A stretch of DNA of 64,000 nucleotides from Candidatus Micrarchaeia archaeon (GCA_038874595.1 JAVZCB010000002.1:128001-192000); one strand, 5' to 3'. Counted from the first letter of the stretch, positions 9,022 to 19,454 are shown. Numbers and translations are program-made. The notes: generated by a model from the letters alone, not told the origin.

Positions 9022-10740
9022 CTACCCTATCCACTTTGAGAGTGCTGCAAACACGTTGTATGCAAACTGCGCTATTTGAGAGATATATTCGTCCCGGTGC
9101 ATTGGGTTTGCAGTGCCCTCCTCAGCCTGTGAAGGTATACGCGCGCTCATATTCAGCAAAGTAAAGTTATACTGGCTTATTAATGCCGTACCGTTTGTCT
9201 GTTGCAGCTCCTCACCTGAGGTTATATTGTAAACCTTGAGGTATAGTGAATATTCCCCTACGTAATTTGAAACCTGCAGATATGCATATTCAGGAGTATA
9301 CAGTTTGTTGCCTGTTGGGATTATTGTATAATTGACAATGCCAAAGCGGGTTCTTGACTCGCCGTAGCTAACTGATTTAAGGCCCCTGTAAGGAGATGTT
9401 GTGCTATCTATGCGCTGTATAGGCGAAAACAGGCTTATGCCATTCACTTCATACATGCGCACCGTAACGTTTGCTGGCACACCATCACTGTCTGTAACGT
9501 TTATTGTGAGGTTGTACGGCCTGCCCGCATCAGGAAATGTTTTTGATTCAATACCATTTATGAATGTGCGAACCCGGTATGTCTTTACAATCGTTAGCAC
9601 CGCAGAACTTTGGTTGTTTGACAAATCACAATCGGCAATTGTGGTCGGGGCGAGCCTCGCCAATATTGTATGTGGCCCTGATGAGTTAAGGCCCGTATTA
9701 AGCGTAAATGACCTGGTTGTTGATGTGTATTTTGCGAGCCCGCCCGCAACTGTAAGCACTTGTGTGGGTATACCATCAAAATAGACGTTGACATCAAAGG
9801 GCTGGGTGATATCAACATTTCCATCATTTCTTATTGTAACCGTGACAAGGACTTGGCCGCCGGCAAACTGCGTTGACGGAGCCAAGCTTACACCAACAAC
9901 CGCCGGGTCCGGGCCAATACAGAAAGACCTATCTATACCGTTTATCAAATAGTACTTTGTGTACTTTGCAGTGTCTGGTGGGGAGACCACTCCTGTATGT
10001 AGCGAGTATGCAACACCGCGCGATACACCTGACCTGCCACCTGTACACGCCCATGCAAAAAGAGAAGGTGACGGCTCACATATGCCTAGCTGGAAGTATG
10101 GAAGGTTTACGTTGTTCGTTGCCGAACCGGTACGTGTATAACTTGTAACCCCTGTTATTGTGAGAGTAACATTACCGGTTGCACTGTTGTATGTGCTTTC
10201 TACATCGTTTGTTGTGTATGCACCACGAAGGTGGCTCTTTGGGCCAACCGCTATGAAGGTATCTGATTCTGTGAACACCTGGTCATCTGAAACGATTGCA
10301 TATATGTACGCAGGGTAAACTGCCGTGCCGCTGTAGAAATTGTACGGGCCTACCGGCTGGCCGCCAACATTGTTTATTGCACTCATACAGCACGTGCCAG
10401 AGCAGTTAGTAAGCTGGGTATGGTCTTTCCCTGTATTATCCTTTGATATGTTTTGGAACCCGGCAACGTTACCTGTCCTGTATACAAACATTACGTACTT
10501 ATTCTGTATTTCTCCAATATTGCCCGGTGCATCAACACAAACCTGTACAACTGTGTCTGGATTACCGCCTACGGAATCAATATATGAAGTGCTCCCTATA
10601 TCCCAGCTCATATTTACGGGAACGCGTTGTGCCTGATTGAAACTCACATTCAAGATTGTTGCGCTTGTTATTGACGCGTATGAGAGCGGTAAGGCAATCA
10701 AGAGTAACAAGAGGAACTTTTTCTTTATCATAAGATGCAC
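9022..10740 (-). CDS. Secreted CARDB/Ig-domain surface protein
   Basis: Signal peptide; VTIRNDG...G.HTI...SNN CARDB signature. Confidence 0.75.
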   Translation of the reverse strand: MHLMIKKKFLLLLLIALPLSYASITSATILNVSFNQAQRVPVNMSWDIGSTSYIDSVGGNPDTVVQVCVDAPGNIGEIQNKYVMFVYRTGNVAGFQNISKDNTGKDHTQLTNCSGTCCMSAINNVGGQPVGPYNFYSGTAVYPAYIYAIVSDDQVFTESDTFIAVGPKSHLRGAYTTNDVESTYNSATGNVTLTITGVTSYTRTGSATNNVNLPYFQLGICEPSPSLFAWACTGGRSGVSRGVAYSLHTGVVSPPDTAKYTKYYLINGIDRSFCIGPDPAVVGVSLAPSTQFAGGQVLVTVTIRNDGNVDITQPFDVNVYFDGIPTQVLTVAGGLAKYTSTTRSFTLNTGLNSSGPHTILARLAPTTIADCDLSNNQSSAVLTIVKTYRVRTFINGIESKTFPDAGRPYNLTINVTDSDGVPANVTVRMYEVNGISLFSPIQRIDSTTSPYRGLKSVSYGESRTRFGIVNYTIIPTGNKLYTPEYAYLQVSNYVGEYSLYLKVYNITSGEELQQTNGTALISQYNFTLLNMSARIPSQAEEGTANPMHRDEYISQIAQFAYNVFAALSKWIG

Positions 10741-10823
10741 CTTATGCTGCTGAGTATAATTGCGTATGTATTATTTAAATATATATCAGAAGAAGGAGGG
10801 AGGTAATTAACGTTAAGCAATAT

Positions 10824-12536
10824 TTACTGCACCCTAAACAGCATGTTTATATTGTCAACAAATGTGTTTAGAATCCCCATGAATCCTGGCCTTGGCAGGT
10901 CTGGAACATTTATGTTAAGCACGCATGCGCCGTTGCTGCATCCCTGAGTGCACCTTACCCTTGTATTGGTAATTTGGTTATATGTGGTGCAGGAATACTC
11001 TATAACGTAATCCCCATCGCACTGGTCCGTCCGTGCTTGGTGGCCTCGTGTTACCGTTGACCTTTTGAAAATGCTTCCATCGCCATCCTCTTTATCCGGG
11101 TCAACACAATAAATGCCATCCCATATCTTTCCATTCCAGCATTCTTGGTAATTGCTTGCCGTGTATGTCTGGTAATTGAAGCTGTACGGGGATGTGCAGT
11201 AATACTCTGTAAGACGCTCAAAGCTGTTGCACGTGTCACTATATTTAGAATTGCCATATAAAAGCTCACCGTATATTTTGGGGTAGTTGCCGCCATCTGT
11301 ATCATAACAGTAAATGTACTGCTGGCCATCGGCATCACTCTCTCGAACACACTTACCAAGAGAGCATACATAACCAGCTGGGCAGTGCTGGATAACATAA
11401 TCCACATCGCCTTTGGATGTACAATAATAATCCCTTACACGATAGCTGTCAATGCATTCGTCCCTATAAGTAGTAAAGTAACCCGTGGGATATTGATAGA
11501 TAACATCCCCACTGACATATATTTCCTGCCCAACATCTGTATCATAACAGGTCGATGAAAGGTTCACGCAAGCACCGCCATAACAATTATAACCTGCCGG
11601 ACATTTTTTGGTGAACATCTGAAGGTTTGACCCTTCACAGTAATATTCTTTTATTTCGGTTGAAGAAATGCATGAATCTGTATATTCGACACCACGAACA
11701 AATGCCTTGCCCGGTGTGTAAATATCCTTGCCATCACTATCCTGGCAGCTGTTTGATTTGCATGCGCCATCATCACAAATGAAACCTGTAGGGCAAACTG
11801 TTATTTGTGAATCTATCTGCCCATCCTGCGCACAGTAAAAATCAAGCACCTTTTGTGAATTAATGCAATAGTCTGTTTTACTTACGTTGCCGGCAGAAAC
11901 TGTATCTTTCATGTATATATTATAGGGTGTGTCTGTGAGGTTTGAGGTTGTGGTACAGCCCTCAATACACATTCCATCAGAGCACACATAACCTGCCTGG
12001 CAGAAAACCACGGCCTCTTTAATCTCGTTGTTATCGCAGTAGTACTTTACAACCCTATTATTATCAAGGCAGTGGTCTTCTTTTATTACGTCTGCTTTTG
12101 TGGTTTTTCCTTTTGAGTAAGGTGAGAGGCTGTTATCAGAATCTGTGCATTTTGGTAAAACGCATGCACCGCTTTCACAAATATATCCTGCCGGGCACTG
12201 TTCCCGTACGGACTGTATGGCGCCGTTAGCACAGTAGTACTCAAGCACCATTCCACCCGAGCATGAATCGGTGTATGTGTTTCCGTTAATGGTTACCGTA
12301 CCTGCCTGCATAAGGTTTTTTCCGTTGTCACTTTCACTGCATACTGCACAAGCCCCATCATATGCAACTGTTGTACCGGAAGCACTTGCTTTGCAGGCAT
12401 TTCTGTATGTGATGCCGTCAGCACCGCATACCGGGGCGTACGTATCATCACAGTTAAACTGCGTTACGCATCCGCTTATTATAATTATCGAGAAAAGCAC
12501 TGATGCCAGTACGGCCCCGTGGATAAATTGGCGCAT
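10824..12536 (-). CDS. Secreted Kazal-domain protein with about 7 Cys-rich repeats
   Basis: ISGC lipobox-like end of signal peptide; Kazal PVCGADGITYRNAC; repeats C.D.D.G...D.C...EYYC...C..G..C..G.C. Confidence 0.8.
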   Translation of the reverse strand: MRQFIHGAVLASVLFSIIIISGCVTQFNCDDTYAPVCGADGITYRNACKASASGTTVAYDGACAVCSESDNGKNLMQAGTVTINGNTYTDSCSGGMVLEYYCANGAIQSVREQCPAGYICESGACVLPKCTDSDNSLSPYSKGKTTKADVIKEDHCLDNNRVVKYYCDNNEIKEAVVFCQAGYVCSDGMCIEGCTTTSNLTDTPYNIYMKDTVSAGNVSKTDYCINSQKVLDFYCAQDGQIDSQITVCPTGFICDDGACKSNSCQDSDGKDIYTPGKAFVRGVEYTDSCISSTEIKEYYCEGSNLQMFTKKCPAGYNCYGGACVNLSSTCYDTDVGQEIYVSGDVIYQYPTGYFTTYRDECIDSYRVRDYYCTSKGDVDYVIQHCPAGYVCSLGKCVRESDADGQQYIYCYDTDGGNYPKIYGELLYGNSKYSDTCNSFERLTEYYCTSPYSFNYQTYTASNYQECWNGKIWDGIYCVDPDKEDGDGSIFKRSTVTRGHQARTDQCDGDYVIEYSCTTYNQITNTRVRCTQGCSNGACVLNINVPDLPRPGFMGILNTFVDNINMLFRVQ

Positions 12537-12566
12537 ATACCACTTTTTTAAGAAAGGAATATAAAA

Positions 12567-13448
12567 CTAGCATATGATGCGTTTTGAAAGTATGCTTAAT
12601 TCATCAACTACCATGTCCGGCGTGTATGCGCTCAGCGATTTTATAAGACCTGGTTCCTCCAGCATATCCGGGTAGATGGGGATTGCGACGCCGTCAACTG
12701 TTTTGGCATCTGACATATGAAGCGAGAATGGCGCACGCGCAAGCTTTCCTGGAGGTGTTTGGGATGGGTCTAAAATTATTGCATTCGCAACTTTTTCGTG
12801 GCCTGCCAAAACGTTTATACCTATCTCTGCGCATATTTTTTTAGCCCATTTAGTGGCAAAAGATGATGATTGCGATTTGCCAAATGCAAAATACTTATCA
12901 TAAAAAGATTTTGGTTGCGGCTTTTTTAGTAAAATATAAACATGGAATGAGCTCCCTGTGTACTGCACATATATTTTTGATTTCGTGAGTGATTGGAAAT
13001 CACTATCTTCCTGTATTGCAACTACTAGAGAATATGCAACTTTTTGTGCTGTGGCTGTACTTATACCTTCCCCACGGTCTATATCAAAAAATATCCTGTC
13101 TATATAAGTACCTTTCTCACCGTTTGTTGCATAAAATAAGTCTGCAAGCTTTCTTGGTGGGAAATACCTCCATATTATTTGTTGCGTGGGTGTTAACTTA
13201 TCCTTAACATCTTCTAAATGGTGCCCTTTCCGGATTTCAAGAAATTTGTCATCAACGTTCTCTGCAAGCTGTTTGACAAATAAAGGAGGTAATTTGGTAC
13301 CTCGCGTAAGCAGTGGGCGCCGTGCGCCCGGAAACAGCACCTTGCCTGCAAGTTCTTTGCCAGCTAGGAAATTTTTCAGCTTTGATGAAATCGTGGAATA
13401 ATAACCAACAACGTCAAGATCTCCGAATGGGTGCAGAACATCTGGCAT
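12567..13448 (-). CDS. Stand-alone archaeo-eukaryotic primase-family protein resembling the LigD polymerase domain
   Basis: FFDIDRG (DxD), YTGSSFHVY (motif II), ILD, and GKLARAPFSL similar to LigD 'APYS'. Confidence 0.72.
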   Translation of the reverse strand: MPDVLHPFGDLDVVGYYSTISSKLKNFLAGKELAGKVLFPGARRPLLTRGTKLPPLFVKQLAENVDDKFLEIRKGHHLEDVKDKLTPTQQIIWRYFPPRKLADLFYATNGEKGTYIDRIFFDIDRGEGISTATAQKVAYSLVVAIQEDSDFQSLTKSKIYVQYTGSSFHVYILLKKPQPKSFYDKYFAFGKSQSSSFATKWAKKICAEIGINVLAGHEKVANAIILDPSQTPPGKLARAPFSLHMSDAKTVDGVAIPIYPDMLEEPGLIKSLSAYTPDMVVDELSILSKRIIC

Positions 13449-13505
13449 AATTCTAATATGTTCACATATTTATAAAAATTGCCGAATAGAATCAAAGGAT
13501 AAGAA

Positions 13506-15245
13506 ATGAAAAGAATCTTGTTGCTGGTACTAGTTATTTGTGCGGTTGTAACAGCAAAGGATTATTCTATTGTTTCTGCAGACGAGAAAATAACTATAAA
13601 AGATAACGGCATAGTGCATATCACCGAAACAATAAACTATGATTTGTACGATTGTAATGATAACAAATTCAAAGAGCTATACCTAACAAAACCAAGGGAT
13701 TTGGAAATCAGAAATGCGCGAGGGTATTGTATTGGTGCTTTGTGCAATTTCAGGGTTGATGAGCCAGAAGTTTCTGTAAGCGGTGACAGGGAACTGATAA
13801 ATGAGCTTGTTGGGGGCGGGTGCGGGAAGGTTACTGCTGTGTTTGAATATGATGTAAAAGCAATTACAATTTACCCGGATACTTCACAGTTTTACTATAA
13901 GGTTTGGGGGGATAAGTGGGAGAAGCCTGCAAAGCTGAGTGTGAGTATTTACCTGCCCGGGAAAGCAAAGGAGACTGTATATTTTGTGCATTACGATTAT
14001 TTTACATTTACACCTCCAACTAACTCCAGCAGTGGGAATATCATAAGCATCAGTGCTGACCAACCGGCAAACCGGCTGCTTGAAATAAACCTACTGATGC
14101 CAAAAGAGTGGTTCAATGAGAACGGAGACTACTACTACAACAACAATACGAGAAAGAAAGACATAATAAGTATTGAAGAGCGAACAATGTCAGCACTAAG
14201 TATTAAGCGCTTTGTTGATATTTTACTCCTGATTTTGTTTGTTGTATTTATAACAATACCTTTTGCTGCTATAATCATATCATACCTGATTTTTGGAAAA
14301 GAACTTTCTGGTGAAGATGTTGGGTACAATGGATTGTACGAGTATGATCCACCTGAAAATAGGGGTGCGGCTGAAAGCATATTCTTTATAACAATGGATA
14401 AAGACTGCACTAAGAAGGATCTTGGAAATGCCCTCTCCTCAACAATGATGGCCCTTGTAAACAAAGGTGCATTTGATATACAGGAGAGGGAAGTTAGCGG
14501 GCTCTTTGGGAAGACGAAAGAGATTGTATTTATTGTTAGAGAGCCAAAAGAAGAGTTGCTCGATTATGAAAAAATGCTGTTTGATTTTATGAAAGAGAAG
14601 GCAGTCAACGGAGAAATTAGTATGGATTCTTTTGCAAAAACAGTCGGCAAAACAAAAGAGTTTTATTTTTTCTCCCTAAAGTGGTGGAAAACAGTAATAA
14701 ATCATATAGATGAAAACAAATTCGCAGATTACAAAGGATACTATATCCTTATGGCTATCATATTAATACACTTCTTTTTGTACTTTTTTGCCATAGTGCT
14801 TTTCTCATCAATAAATACTGTTATTCCCATAAATCTTTTTGCACTTATAGACTTTTTTTTGCTCATAATAGTTACTCCAAGAAAAAAAATTTGGGGAAGA
14901 TGGACAAAGGAAGGAAGGATACTCAACCTCAAATGGGAAAATTTCAAGAAGTACTTATCAGATTTCAGCGCGCTTGAAGAACACCCTCCTTCAAGTGTAA
15001 AAATCTGGGACCATTATATGACGTATGCAATTGCGCTTGGAGTTGCGGAGAAAACAATAGAAGCAATGAAAAAAATAAGTCCCTTGGTGGTGCAACATTC
15101 AAGGGGCAACTATGTGTATGCAAACTATGGATTGTATACTTCTTTCAGTACAAGTATGACCCCAAGCTACAAATCATCATCACGTGGAGGTAGAAGTGGC
15201 GGGTTTGGTGGCGGTAGGGGCGGTGGCGGCGGCGGTGCAAGATAA
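13506..15245 (+). CDS. DUF2207-family membrane protein
   Basis: Signal peptide, I..NG...ITETI, W..FKKYLSDFS, YAIALG, Gly-rich C-terminal tail. Confidence 0.88.
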   Translation: MKRILLLVLVICAVVTAKDYSIVSADEKITIKDNGIVHITETINYDLYDCNDNKFKELYLTKPRDLEIRNARGYCIGALCNFRVDEPEVSVSGDRELINELVGGGCGKVTAVFEYDVKAITIYPDTSQFYYKVWGDKWEKPAKLSVSIYLPGKAKETVYFVHYDYFTFTPPTNSSSGNIISISADQPANRLLEINLLMPKEWFNENGDYYYNNNTRKKDIISIEERTMSALSIKRFVDILLLILFVVFITIPFAAIIISYLIFGKELSGEDVGYNGLYEYDPPENRGAAESIFFITMDKDCTKKDLGNALSSTMMALVNKGAFDIQEREVSGLFGKTKEIVFIVREPKEELLDYEKMLFDFMKEKAVNGEISMDSFAKTVGKTKEFYFFSLKWWKTVINHIDENKFADYKGYYILMAIILIHFFLYFFAIVLFSSINTVIPINLFALIDFFLLIIVTPRKKIWGRWTKEGRILNLKWENFKKYLSDFSALEEHPPSSVKIWDHYMTYAIALGVAEKTIEAMKKISPLVVQHSRGNYVYANYGLYTSFSTSMTPSYKSSSRGGRSGGFGGGRGGGGGGAR

Positions 15246-15348
15246 GAGTATGTTGGATTATTGCACAAATGCACTGCCATCGTTTTCTGCTTAACGGTGT
15301 GGATAGAATTCCCTCAATGTGCCCTCTTATACACCGCACTATAATATT

Positions 15349-17001
15349 TTATTGACATTGTAATGGTGGTTCTTTACTTCTTTCGGTGCTGTTTTGTGTA
15401 TCTCTCTTTTTTATTGCCGCATCAATAAGAAACAGGAAAAGTGGTGCCGGCTTCTCAAGGCGGCTCTTAAACTCTGGGTGTGCCTGTGTACCAATACCAA
15501 GGCCGTTTGGCCATTCAACCATCTCAACAATGCCTGAATCCTTATGCCTGCCAGAGATAACAAGGCCGTGCTCTTCAAGGTCGGGCACAAACTCCGGGTT
15601 AACTTCATAACGGTGCCGGTGCCTCTCATCAACAAACTCAGAACCATAATATGAATATGCCGTTGTGCCTGGGAAAACGTGCATTGTGTAGGAGCCAAGG
15701 CGCATTGTGCCTCCCTTCCTATCAATAAATTTCTGGTCTGGAAGCAGGTCTATAACAGGGTGTTTTGTTTCTGTGCTGAACTCTGTTGTGTGCGCATCAT
15801 CCCATCCTAATACATTACGCGCATACTCAACGACCATCAGCTGCATACCAAGGCAAAGGCCAAGATAAGGGATATTGTTTGTACGTGCACAGTTGATTGC
15901 TGCAATCTTGCCTTCAATACCGCGTTTTCCAAAACCGCCAGGTACGATTATGCCATTATACTTTGCCAGAAGTTGTGGCCCGCTCTCCTCAATTAAAGTA
16001 GATTCAACAAAATCTATAACCGGCTTTACATTGTAATGGGCGGCTGCGTGGATTATGGATTCGTAAACGGATGCATAAGCATCGCGTGTGGAAGTATATT
16101 TGCCTACAAGAGCTATGTGTACCTCTCCATTAGATGGTGATATAATGCGATTAACAAGAGAGCTCCATGATGAGAGGTCTGGCGGGGTCTCATCCACATC
16201 TAATTTTGAGGATATTGCACGCATTATGCCCTGCTTGTTCAAAATGATAGGAAGCTCATAAATCGTACTTACAGTTGGATCATCATATACAAACTCTGGC
16301 TTGATGTTTGCAAATAAGGCAATTTTTTCTATGGCTTCCGCGCTGAGCGGCTCGTCCTCCCTGCACACAATAGCATCCGGGCGTAGGCCCAGGCTTTGTA
16401 TGAGGCGGTTGGCGTGCTGTGTTGGCTTTGTCTTTGGCTCTCCCTTGGTAAGGCTCGGTACGCGCGTAAGTTGTATTGTCATAAAGTATTTTTCTTCATA
16501 GGATAACTGGCGGATTGCTTCAATGAAATATGAGTTCTCAAGGTCACCAACCGTACCACCAACCTCTATAACAACAAAGTCGGCGTTTGTCTCGTCACCT
16601 AAACGGCGTATCCAGTCTTTAAGCTCATCTGTCAGATGAGGAATTATCTGGACATCGCGACCAAGGAAACGGCCCTCGCGCTCTTTTTGTATTAGGTGTT
16701 GGAATATCTTGCCGCCAGTTATGCTGGAAAATTTGGTCATAGGTATACCTAAAAACCTCTCGTAAGTGCCAAAGTCCATATCCACTTCAGAGCCGTCATC
16801 GAGCACAAACACCTCGCCGTGCCTGAAAGGGTTCATCGTCCCGCAGTCAACGTTTAGGTAACCGTCAAACTTGAGCGGGACAACCTTGTAGCCTTTGAGT
16901 TGCAGAAGCTTGCAAATCGATGCGGTCAGTATTCCTTTCCCAAGGCCGGACATGATGGAGCCGAGAATTGCGATATATCTCCTTTTGTTTGGCGCTTGCA
17001 T
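15349..17001 (-). CDS. pyrG: CTP synthase
   Basis: SGLGKG, GTMNPFRHGEVFV, GLCLGMQ, ERHRHRYE, HPEF. Confidence 0.98.
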   Translation of the reverse strand: MQAPNKRRYIAILGSIMSGLGKGILTASICKLLQLKGYKVVPLKFDGYLNVDCGTMNPFRHGEVFVLDDGSEVDMDFGTYERFLGIPMTKFSSITGGKIFQHLIQKEREGRFLGRDVQIIPHLTDELKDWIRRLGDETNADFVVIEVGGTVGDLENSYFIEAIRQLSYEEKYFMTIQLTRVPSLTKGEPKTKPTQHANRLIQSLGLRPDAIVCREDEPLSAEAIEKIALFANIKPEFVYDDPTVSTIYELPIILNKQGIMRAISSKLDVDETPPDLSSWSSLVNRIISPSNGEVHIALVGKYTSTRDAYASVYESIIHAAAHYNVKPVIDFVESTLIEESGPQLLAKYNGIIVPGGFGKRGIEGKIAAINCARTNNIPYLGLCLGMQLMVVEYARNVLGWDDAHTTEFSTETKHPVIDLLPDQKFIDRKGGTMRLGSYTMHVFPGTTAYSYYGSEFVDERHRHRYEVNPEFVPDLEEHGLVISGRHKDSGIVEMVEWPNGLGIGTQAHPEFKSRLEKPAPLFLFLIDAAIKKRDTQNSTERSKEPPLQCQ

Positions 17002-17081
17002 GTGTATCAGCTATATTACGATCCAAACAATAAATATATGACTGGCCAATAACTCAGTTTATTATAATTTGTTGAAATAAA

Positions 17082-18236
17082 ATGTGCATGCATAAGCCGA
17101 TATGTATAGTAATCCTATTAATTCTCTTCTTATTTACCTCTATAACAATCGCACTTGAGAATGCTAAAACTGAAGAGAATCAAAAAGATGGCCTAAGCGA
17201 TACAATTAATATCGATTTTTATTATGGGATTGGGTGCCCACATTGCGCTGCAACTGAAAAAATATTTGAGAAGTTGAGTGCAGAGTACAAACTCAATATT
17301 ACAAAGTATGAGGTATATCAAAATGCCGAAAATCGCCAGAGAATGTTCAAAGAGTATGAGAGATTCAATGTGAGTCTCAGCCAGGGCGGTGTGCCAACTT
17401 CTGTGATACGTGGGAAGGCTTTTGTTGTAGGCGAGCTTGCTGAAGAGCAGTGGAGGGAGCTACTTGATGCTGCGTGCAGTGAGGATACCTGCCCTGTTGG
17501 TGTTATAACGCAGAAGAACTTCAATATCATACACGAGAGAGATAGTACATCTGCGTTAACCTGGCCGGTCTTGATTGGAGCGGCGCTTGTGGACTCTATC
17601 AACCCGTGCACAATTGCAATTATGGTTATCCTTATCAGTACTATTTTATACTCAAAAGGCAGGAAAGAGGCGCTCGTTGCAGGCATTATGTTTGCAGTGA
17701 CTATTTATGTGATGTATTTCCTTTATGGGATTGGAATCATGAAAGCGGTTACAACTTTAGAAATAAGCAATTTGTTCTATGTTCTTGTTACGCTTGGCGC
17801 ACTCATACTTTCAATTATGGAGCTTAATGCATATTTCAACTATAAGCCAGGGTTCTTTTCAGTGGAGATGCCCGTATGGCTAAGACCGCATGCGCACGAG
17901 GTAATTGAGAAAGCCACCACGCCTCTCGGAGTTGTTGTTGCGGCCGTGTTCTGCTCTTTGTTTTTACTACCGTGCTCATCCGGGCCATACCTTATGGTTC
18001 TCGGGATGATTGCAAAATCTGCAACGTTGCAGACTTTCACTTATCTTGCAGTTTATAACCTGTTCTTCATCCTGCCGATGATCGTGATAACTATATTGAT
18101 ATACTTTGGAAAAACCACAGTTGAGAAAATTGGTGAAATGAAAGAAATGTATGTAAGACAGATACACTTGGTTTCAGGTATAATACTGTTTGCTCTGTTT
18201 ATCCTAATGATAAATGAGCTCCTAAAAATCGTATAG
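17082..18236 (+). CDS. Thioredoxin/glutaredoxin domain fused to a CcdA/DsbD-like membrane domain
   Basis: CPHC, GVPT, DSINPC and LPCSSGPY; about 6 TMs. Confidence 0.85.
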   Translation: MCMHKPICIVILLILFLFTSITIALENAKTEENQKDGLSDTINIDFYYGIGCPHCAATEKIFEKLSAEYKLNITKYEVYQNAENRQRMFKEYERFNVSLSQGGVPTSVIRGKAFVVGELAEEQWRELLDAACSEDTCPVGVITQKNFNIIHERDSTSALTWPVLIGAALVDSINPCTIAIMVILISTILYSKGRKEALVAGIMFAVTIYVMYFLYGIGIMKAVTTLEISNLFYVLVTLGALILSIMELNAYFNYKPGFFSVEMPVWLRPHAHEVIEKATTPLGVVVAAVFCSLFLLPCSSGPYLMVLGMIAKSATLQTFTYLAVYNLFFILPMIVITILIYFGKTTVEKIGEMKEMYVRQIHLVSGIILFALFILMINELLKIV

Positions 18237-18259
18237 TGCCACACCAAATTAAGCTAACT

Positions 18260-18745
18260 TTACGGGTTTTGCTTTCTTATGTCTTCAACAAATTTGGCAA
18301 TGCTCTTTTTATAGCCGCCAGTGAAATAGCTCATGTGCGAAATGCACATTACTGCGATTGGTTGCCGGCCGCACAGGTAGGACATATCCTTTATTGTGTT
18401 CTTGGCACCAAACCCCCCGCCAGTACAAAAAAATGCTATTTTTCCAAACTTGTGCTTCATACGGGTAATGTACGCTTTTACCGGGAGAGACATTGTGCCT
18501 GCCCATACGGGCGTTCCTATTATAACGACGTCGTATTGTGACGGGTCTTTCGCTGGAGACTCTATCTCAGAAAGATGATGTAGAAAAACATCCTTCCCTG
18601 TCCTTAGTATACCTATAAGGCCTTCCCTGTTTTTCTTATCCATAATCCTCTCAATATCGGCACCGAGCTCTTTTGCAATAATGTTGGCTACTGCCGCAGT
18701 TACCCCACTTCTTGAATAAAAAACAACCAGGACCTTGGAAGGCAT
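18260..18745 (-). CDS. Flavodoxin-family protein
   Basis: VFYSRSGVT, IGTPVW, FFCTGGG; start trimmed to MPSKVL. Confidence 0.85.
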   Translation of the reverse strand: MPSKVLVVFYSRSGVTAAVANIIAKELGADIERIMDKKNREGLIGILRTGKDVFLHHLSEIESPAKDPSQYDVVIIGTPVWAGTMSLPVKAYITRMKHKFGKIAFFCTGGGFGAKNTIKDMSYLCGRQPIAVMCISHMSYFTGGYKKSIAKFVEDIRKQNP

Positions 18746-18776
18746 GCCGTTTTTTAGGTGTGCGCTATATATAAAC

Positions 18777-19454
18777 TTATTTTGAGGCCGTGCGTTTACG
18801 CCCCATCTTTTTTCCTGAAAGCTGTTGTGCGGCCGCCTTGAGCGTCTTGCGGGTGTACGGCTCAACTTGCTTTGAGAGGGCTGCTTTCTTAAGTGGCATC
18901 CATACGTGTTCTTGCCCTTCACTGTTTAACCTTACAGATGATGGGTTTCGCGCGCGGCAGAGGTAGTCAAACATGATGAAATGGCGCTTTTTCCAGAATG
19001 CTGGATCGTGTATGAATTCCTGCGTTATTATGTGGCGTATGTTATATATGTCAAGGTTGGTTTCTTCTTTTATCTCGCGCCTGAGTGCGTCCTCTGCACT
19101 CTCCCCAAGCTCGATGTGACCACCAGGTATAACATACTTGTTATGCCATTTATGAGAACGCATTAGGAAAACTTCACTATTATTATTTAAGATGACTGCA
19201 CCAACAACCGGTTCTGGGAAATACTGGTGCTCTTTCACTAATTGTATTGCGTCCAGGAGACCGTATGCATAATCAGAGCATCCAAAAGAGGTGAAGTAGT
19301 CACCCTTATTAAAATAATGCACCGCATCCCTGTAATACTGCTCTGCCAAGGCGTATTGGGTGCCAAAGTTATGTGCAAGCTTCTTACATTTCTCAAGGTT
19401 TTCCTTGAGAAGACGAATGCTCTTCTCAGCACGAGAACGTTCTGTTATATCCAT
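18777..19454 (-). CDS. DUF357 domain fused to a Nudix hydrolase
   Basis: N-terminal YYRDAVHYF.KGD...YAYGLLDA (DUF357) and Nudix box GGHIELGESAEDALRREIKEETNL. Confidence 0.8.
   Translation of the reverse strand: MDITERSRAEKSIRLLKENLEKCKKLAHNFGTQYALAEQYYRDAVHYFNKGDYFTSFGCSDYAYGLLDAIQLVKEHQYFPEPVVGAVILNNNSEVFLMRSHKWHNKYVIPGGHIELGESAEDALRREIKEETNLDIYNIRHIITQEFIHDPAFWKKRHFIMFDYLCRARNPSSVRLNSEGQEHVWMPLKKAALSKQVEPYTRKTLKAAAQQLSGKKMGRKRTASK

Noticed and set aside
15180-15245. GGC/GGT-rich repeat
   Set aside because: This is the normal Gly-rich tail of DUF2207 proteins.
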